From assembly GCA_030390025.1 (NCBI GenBank), contig CM059432.1, forward strand, positions 29,514,001 through 29,578,000: a DNA stretch of 64,000 bases, given 5' to 3'. Source of the DNA: Squalus acanthias (lineage: Eukaryota). The notes beneath the pieces were generated by a model. It was not told the DNA's origin, did not search any database, and saw only the letters and a list, made by a program, of their open reading frames with translations. Shown here piece after piece: positions 57,301 through 64,000 of this stretch (position 1 is the stretch's first letter; each line of letters starts with the position of its first letter). Position numbers and translations under genes: made by a program.

Positions 57301-60300
57301 ACACTGCCAGCTCTCTATTACCTTCAGTGTAACACACTGCCAGCTCTCCATTATCCTCAGAGTAACACACTGCCAGCTCTCTATTATCCAGTGTAACACA
57401 CTGCCAGCTCTCTATTATCCAGTGTAACACACTGCCAGCTCTCTATTATCCTCAGTGTAACACACTGCCAGCTCTCTATTATCCTCAGTGTAACACACTG
57501 CCAGCTCTCTATTATCCTCAGTGTAACACACCGCCAGTCCTCTATTATCCTTAGTGGAACACACTGCCAGCTCTCTATTATCCTCAGTGTAACACACTGC
57601 CAGCTCTCTATTATCCTCAGTGTAACACACCGCCAGCCGTCTATTATCCTCAGTGTAACACACTGCCAGCTCTCTATTATCCTCAGTGTAACAAACTGCC
57701 AGCTCTCTATTATCCTCAGTGTAACACACTGCCAGCTCTCTATTATCCTCAGTGTAACACACTGTCAGCTCTCTATTATCCTCAGTGTAACACACTGCCA
57801 GCCCTCTGTTATCCACAGTGTAACAATCTGCAAGCTCACTATTATCCAGTGTAACACACAGCCAGCTCTCTATTATCCTCAGTGTTACACACTGCCAGCT
57901 CTCTGTTATCCAGTATAACATACTGCCACCTCTCTATTATCCTCAGTGTAACACACTGCCAGCTCTCTATTATCCTCAGTGTAACACACTGCCAGCTCTC
58001 TATTATCCTCAGTGTAACACATTGCCAGCTCTCTATTATCCTCAGTGTAACACACTGCCAGCTCTCTATTATCCAGTGCAACACACTGTCAGCTCTCTAT
58101 TATCCTCAGTGTAACACATTGCCAGCTCTCTATTACCTTCAGTGTAACACACTGCCAGCTCTCTATTATCCTCAGAGTAACACACTGCCAGCTCTCTATT
58201 ATCCTCAGTGTAACACACTGCCAGCTCTCTATTACCTTCAGTGTAACACACTGCCAGCTCTCTATTATCCTCAGAGTAACACACTGCCAGCTCTCTATTA
58301 TCCAGTGTAACACACTGCCAGCTCTCTATTATCCAGTGTAACACACTGCCAGCTCTCTATTATCCTCAGTGTAACACACTGCCAGCTCTCTATTACCTTC
58401 AGTGTAACACATTGCCAGCTTTCTATTATCCTCAGTGTAACACACTGCCAGCTGTCGATTATCCTCAGTGTAACACACTGCCAGCTGTCGATTATCCTCA
58501 GTGTAACACACTGCCAGCTTTCCATTATCCTCAGTGTAACACACTGCCAGCTCTCTATTATCCAGTGTAACACACTGCCAGCTCTCTATTATCCAGTGTA
58601 ACACACTGCCAGCTCTCTATTATCCAGTGTAAAACACTTCCAGCTCTCTATTATCCTCAGTGTAACACACTGCCAGCTGTCTATTATCCTCAGTGTAACA
58701 CACTGCCAGCTCTCTATTATCCGCAGTGTAACACACTGCCAGCTCTCTATTATACTCAGTGTAACACACTGCCAGCTCTCTATTATCCTCAATGTAACAC
58801 ACTGCCAGCTCTCTATTATCCAGTGTAACACACTGCCAGCTCTCTAATATAAAGTGTAACACACTGCCAGCACTCTATTATCCAGTGTAACACACTGCCA
58901 GCTCTCTATTATCCTCAGTGTAACACACTGTCAGCTCTCTATTATCCTCAGTGTAACACACTGCCAGCTCTCTATTATCCAGTGTAACACACTGACAGCT
59001 CTCTATTATCCAGTGTAAAACACTGCCAGCTCTCTATTATCCTCAGTGTAACACACTGCCAGCTGTCTATTATCCTCAGTGTAACACACTGCCAGCTCTC
59101 TCTTATCCGCAGTGTAACACATTGCCAGCTCTCTATTATACTCAGTGTAACACACTGCCAGCTCTCTATTATCCTCAATGTAACACACTGCCATCTCTCT
59201 ATTATCCAGTGTAACACACTGCCAGCTCTCTAATATAAAGTGTAACACACTGCCAGCACTCTATTATCCAGTGTAACACACTGCCAGCTCTCTATTATCC
59301 TCAGTGTAACACACTGTCAGCTCTCTATTATCCTCAGTGTAACACACTGTCAGCTCTCTATTATTCTCAGTGTAACACACTGCCAGCACTCTATTATCCA
59401 GTGTAACACACTGCCAGCTCTCTATTATCCTCAGTGTAACACACTGACAGCTCTCTATTATCCTCAGTGTAACACACTGCCAGCTCTCTTTTATCCTCAG
59501 TGTAACACACTGCCAGCTCTCTATTATACTCAGTGTAACACACTGCCAGCTCTCCATTATCCTCAATGTAACACACTGCCAGCTCTCCATTATCCTCAGT
59601 GTAACACACTGCCAGCTCTCTATTATCCAGTGTAACACACTGCCAGCTCTCTATTATCCTCAGTGTAACACACTGGCTGCTCTCTATTATCCTCAGTGTA
59701 ACACACTGCCAGCTCTCTATTATCCAGTGTAACACACTGCCAGCTCTCTATTATCCTCAGTGTAACACACTGCCAGCTGTCTATTATCCTCAGTGTAACA
59801 CACCGCCAGCCCTCTATTATCCTCAGTGTAACACACTGCCAGCTCTCTATTATCCTCAGTGTTACACACTGCCAGCTCTCTATTATCCTCAGTGTAACAC
59901 ACCGCCAGCCCTCTATTATCCTCAGTGTAACACACTGCCAGCTCTCTATTATCCTCAGTGTAACACACTGCCAGCTCTCTATTATCCTCAGTGTAACATA
60001 CTGCCAGCTCTCTATTATCCTCAGTGTAACACACTGCCAGCTTTCTATTATCCTCAGTGTAACATACTGCCAGCTCTCTATTACATTCAGTGTAACACAC
60101 TGCCAGCTCTCTATTATCCTCAGTGCAACACCCTGCCAGCTCTCTATTATCCAGTGTAAAACACTGCCTGCTCTCTATTATCCTCAGTGCAACACACTGC
60201 CAGCTCTCTATTATCCTCAGTGTAACACACTGTCTGCTCTCTATTATCCTCAGTTTAACACACTGCCATCTCTCTATCATCCTCAGTGTAACACATTGCC

Positions 60301-60400
60301 AGCTCACTATTATCCTCAGTGTAACACACTGCCAGCTCTCTATTATCCTCAGTGTAACACACTGCCAGCTCTCTATTATCCTCAGTGTAACACACTGCCA
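51330..60400. repeat. Expanded type B HOR block with variable-length units and a 386-bp duplication
   Basis: The ACATTCAG marker lies at 51541, 53398, ~55876 and ~60083. The ORF track gives near-identical 230-aa translations at 51581, 53438 and 55916 (offsets 1857 and 2478 bp). AATATAAAG lies at 58846 and 59232. Confidence 0.85.
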
Positions 60401-63400
60401 GCTCTCTATTTTCCAGTGTAACACACTGCCAGCTCTCTATTATCCTCAGTGTAACACACTGCCAGCTCTCTATTATCCTCAGTGTAACACACCGCCAGTC
60501 CTCTATTATCCTCAGTGTAACACACTGCCAGCTCTCTATTATCCTCAGTGTAACACACCGCCAGCCCTCTATTATCCTCAGTGTAACACACTGCCAGCTC
60601 TCTGTTATCCTCAGTGTAACACTCCGCCAGCCCTCTATTATCCTCAGTGTAACGCACTGCCAGCTCTCTATTATCCTCAGTGTAACACACTGCCAGCTCT
60701 CTATTTTCCTCAGTGTAACACACTGCCCGCTCTCTATTATCCTCAGTGTAACACACTGTCAGCTCTCTATTATCCTCAGTGTAACAAACTGCCAGCCCTC
60801 TATTATCCACATTGTAACAAACTGCCAGCTCACTATTATCCAGTGTAACACACAGCCAGCTCTCTATTATCCTCAGTGTAACACACTGCCAGCTCTCTAT
60901 TATCCAGTGTAACACACTGCCAGCTCTCTAATATACAGTGTAACACACTGCCAGCTCTCTATTATTCTCAGTGTAACACACTGCCAGCTCTCTAATATAG
61001 AGTGTAACACACTGCCAGCTCTCTATTATTCTCTGTGTAACACACTGCCAGCTCTCTATTATTCTCAGTGTAACACACTGCCAGCTCTCTATTATTCTCA
61101 GTGTAACACACTGCCAGCTCTCTATTAACCTCAGTTTAACACACTGCCAGCTCTCTTTTATACTCAGTGTAACACACTGCCAGCTCTCTATTATCCTCAG
61201 TGTAACACACTGCCAGCTCTCTATTATCCTCAGTGTAACACTCTGCCAGCTCTCTATTATCCAGTGTAACACACTGCCAGCTCTCTATTATCATCAGTGT
61301 AACACACTGCCAGCTCTCTATTATCCTGTGTAACACACTGCCAGCTCTCTATTATCCAGTGTAACACACTGCCAGCTCTCTATTATCATCAGTGTAACAC
61401 ACTGCCAGCTCTCTATTATCCTGTGTAACACTCTGCCAGCTCTCTATTATCCTCAGTGTTACACACTGCCAGCTCTCTATTATCCAGTGTAACACACTGC
61501 CAGCACTCTATTATCCAGTGTAACACACTGCCAGTTCTCTATTATTCTCAGTGTAACACACTGCCAGCCCTCTATTATCCAGTGTAACACACTGCCAGCT
61601 CTCTAATATACAGTGTAACACACTGCCAGCTCTCTGATATACAGTGTAACACACTGCCATCTCTCTATTATTCTCTGTGTAACACACTGCCAGCTCTCTA
61701 TTATCCAGTTTAACACACTGCCAGCACTGTATTATCCAGTGTAACACACTGCCAGCTCTCTATTATTCTCAGTGTAACACACTGCCAGCTCTCTATTATC
61801 CTCAGTGTAACACACTGCCAGCTCTCTTTTATCCTCAGTGTAACATACTGCCAGCTCTCTATTATCCTCAGTGTAACACTCTGCCAGCTCTCTATTATCC
61901 AGTGTAACACACTGCCAGCTCTCTATTATCATCAGTGTAACACACTGCCAGCTCTCTGTTATCCTCAGTGTAACACACTGCCAGCTCTCGATTATCCTCA
62001 GTGTAACACACTGCCAGCTCTCTATTATCCTCAGTGTAACACACTGCCAGCTCTCTATTATCCAGTGTAACACACTGCCAGCTCTCTATTATCCTCAGTA
62101 TAACACACAGCCAGCTCTCTATTATCCAGTGTAACACACTGCCAGCTCTCTATTATCCTCAGTGTAACACACTGCCAGCTCTCTATTATCCAGTTTAACA
62201 CACTGCCAGCTCTCTATTATCCTCAGTGTAACACACTGCCAGCTCTCTATTATCCTCAGTGTAACACACTGCCAGCTCTCTATTATCCAGTGTAACACAC
62301 TGCCAGCTCTCTAATATACAGTGTAACACACTGCCAGCACTCTATTATCCAGTGTAGCACACTGCCAGCTCTCTATTATCCTCAGTGTAACACAATGCCA
62401 GCTCTCTATTATCCTCAGTGTAACACACTGCCAGCTCTCTATTATCCAGTGTAACACACTGCCAGCTCTCTATTATCCTCAGTGTAACACACTGCCAGCT
62501 CTCTATTATCCTCAGTGTAACACACTGCCAGCTCTCTATTTCCTCACTGTAACACACTGCCAGCTCTCTATTATCCTCAGTGTAACGCACTGCCAGCTCT
62601 CTATTATCCAGTGTAACACACGGCCAGCTCTCTATTATTCTCAGTGTAACTCACTGCCAGCTCTCTATTATCCTCAGTATAACACACTTCCAGCTCTCTA
62701 TTATCCTCAGTGTAACACACTGCCAGCTCTCTATTATCCTCAGTGTGACACACTGCCAGCTCTCTATTATCCTCAGTGTAACACACTGCCAGCTCTCTAT
62801 TATCCTCAGTGTAACACACTGCCAGCTCTCTATTATCCTCAGTGTGACACACTGCCAGCTCTCTATTATCCTCAGTGTAACACACTGCCAGCTCTCTATT
62901 ATCCAGTGTAACACACTGCCAACTCTCAATTTTCCTCAGTGTAACACACTGCCAGGTCTCTGTTATCCTCAGTGTAACACACTGCCATCTCTCTGTTATC
63001 CTCAGTGTAACACACTGCCAGCTCTCTATTATCCTCAGTGTAACACACTGCCAGCCCTCTATTATCCTCAGTGTAACACACAGCCAGCTCTCTATTATCC
63101 TCAGTGTTACACACTGCCAGCTCTCTATATTATCCTCAGTGTAACACACTGCCAGCCCTCTATTATCCTCAGTGTAACACACAGCCAGCGCTCTATTATC
63201 CTCAGTGTAACACACTGCCAGCTCTCTATTATCCAGTGTAACATAGTGCCAGCTCTCTATTATCCTGTGTAACTCCCTGCCAGCCCTTTGTTAACCTCTG
63301 TGTAACACTGCCAGCCCTTTATTATTCTCTGTTCCTCACAGCCAACCCTCTATTATGCTCTTTGTATAACGCTGCCCGCCCTCTATTATCATTTATGTAA

Positions 63401-63403
63401 CTC
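60400..63403. repeat. Diverged monomeric edge of the array
   Basis: Many private substitutions occur and there is no long-range HOR match. The last ~5 units (63235-63403) are heavily degenerate, e.g. TGTAACTCCCTGCCAGCCCTTTGTTAACCTC and TGTATAACGCTGCCCGCCCTCTATTATCATTTATGTAACTC. Confidence 0.9.
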
Positions 63404-63415
63404 GTTCTTTCCCAG

Positions 63416-63689
63416 TATCTCAGTAGTGCTCATCGCACTCATTCTCCCACTTCTCATATATGCTATGGTTTTAATGCCAGGATCACCCCTGAGTGTTATT
63501 GTGCTCACACCTTCCAGCTTTTGCCAGTCAGAAAATTCGACTATGGCATCTGGTGACATCAGTGGTCGGATCACTACTGAACAGCAACACTATGTGAATG
63601 TAACACTGTTTGTACTGGACAGCGTCAAATCTTTTTTATTTCCACGTTTTGCATTTGTTGCCTGGAGGGTGACCTATTGGGGAAAATAA
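63416..63689 (+). other. Possible exon-like open frame (hydrophobic stretch plus short tail); may be non-coding
   Basis: It is preceded by a pyrimidine tract and AG (TTCTTTCCCAG, AG at 63414-63415). The frame reads ISVVLIALILPLLIYAMVLM...HYVNV...YWGK*, and the stop overlaps an AATAAA (63685-63690). No homology recognised. Confidence 0.12.
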
Positions 63690-63725
63690 ATGATTTTAAA
63701 TAGACTTTTATTCGAGTGCTGTAAT

Positions 63726-63747
63726 GGAGAAGTAATTATACTTCTCC
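63726..63747. other. Perfect 9-bp inverted repeat GGAGAAGTA-ATTA-TACTTCTCC
   Basis: The arms at 63726-63734 and 63739-63747 are exact reverse complements. The right arm also pairs with GGAGAA at 63749-63754. Function unknown. Confidence 0.8.
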
Positions 63748-64000
63748 TGGAGAAACTCAGCCTTATCTGCTCACGCTAAGCCTCCCTCCCAAAGTACTGC
63801 GGTTTTCTTTTTTCTTTTGGTTCGTCAGAATCAGGCCACTTTTCTAATCCGTGGCTGCTAGTATCTGAACCAAGCTTGATAGGATTGAAGCGCGACCAAA
63901 TCTTTCTGCTTAAATCATCGAATGGCATTTTTATCAGGTTGCCCTCAGTGGCTGAATAGAGGAATAACCCTCTCAGGCCTAAAACACTCCTTGTGCACCA

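Larger units (their letters stand above)
1..63403. repeat. Large tandem array (satellite / macro-minisatellite) of a 33-bp monomer CAGTGTAACACACTGCCAGCTCTCTATTATCCT with a common 31-bp variant (ATCCTCAG->ATCCAG); ~1,900 monomers, truncated by the left window edge
   Basis: The monomer is readable continuously from base 1 to ~63.4 kb, all in one orientation, with no inversion or unique insertion seen. Monomer composition on + is C11 T10 A8 G4 (45% GC, strong C-over-G skew, no CpG). Copy number is estimated as length divided by ~32.7 bp. Confidence 0.99.
63404..64000. other. Unique (non-tandem) flanking sequence, function unknown
   Basis: The 33-bp periodicity is lost and the composition is mixed. 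I recognise no known element. Confidence 0.9.

Noticed and set aside
52..63272. Hundreds of ORFs with 11-aa repeats (EDNRELAVCYT, RIIESWQCVTL, CNTLPALYYPQ, VTHCQLSIILS), up to 729 aa
   Set aside because: A 33-bp unit is divisible by 3 and four of its six frames lack stops. The ubiquitous 31-mer shifts frames freely, ORFs overlap on both strands, and starts are mostly the repeat's own GTG. There is no sign of coding constraint.
1..63403. CRISPR-like appearance (~30-bp repeats with an internal palindrome)
   Set aside because: There are no unique spacers (the units are directly adjacent), no leader and no cas genes.
1..63403. V(D)J RSS-like heptamers: CACACTG in every monomer (6/7 match) and exact CACAGTG in some variants
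   Set aside because: There is no ACAAAAACC-like nonamer at 12- or 23-bp spacing (about 4-5 of 9 matches at 23 bp) and no V, D or J segments. At most these are cryptic CAC sites.
1..63403. Telomeric repeat, rDNA/5S or tRNA tandem array
   Set aside because: There is no TTAGGG-like G-rich unit, and the 33-bp monomer has no resemblance to structural RNA genes or Pol III A/B boxes.
63389..63574. 61-aa minus-strand ORF (MIRPLMSPDAIVEF...)
   Set aside because: It is short, starts at GTG, has no recognisable domain and overlaps another equally weak frame. It is expected by chance.
63485..63950. Monomer-like words in the flank (CCTGAGTGT ~63488, TGTAACACTG ~63599, CCTCAGTG ~63943)
   Set aside because: The matches are only 8-10 bp and not in a 33-bp register, which is too little to call relic monomers.

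Overview
About 99% of this window (1 to ~63,403) is one head-to-tail tandem array of a 33-bp monomer, CAGTGTAACACACTGCCAGCTCTCTATTATCCT. It holds roughly 1,900 copies and continues past the left edge of the window. A frequent 31-bp variant lacks the terminal CT. Each monomer carries a small inverted repeat (CAGTGT-AAC-ACACTG). The array is not uniform. Near-homogeneous zones (about 1-10.9 kb and 39.1-48.0 kb) alternate with zones of nested higher-order repeats (HORs): 99-bp trimers, a 359-bp 11-mer cassette, ~1.66-1.72 kb type A units, ~1.9-2.5 kb type B units, and a multi-kb duplication of ~31.7-39.1 kb at ~48.0-59.6 kb. The array decays over its last ~3 kb into ~600 bp of unique DNA. The repeat-derived ORFs in the track are artefacts of a unit length divisible by 3. 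I see no recognisable gene, RNA gene, transposon or CRISPR array. The sequence looks like eukaryotic satellite or macro-minisatellite DNA, but I cannot assign the organism. Part of the internal zonation may be an assembly or polishing artefact. I found no convincing new biological system. The most interesting signals are the HOR hierarchy, ancestral-looking intermediate alleles at the array edge, and a compensatory mutation pair in the monomer hairpin.
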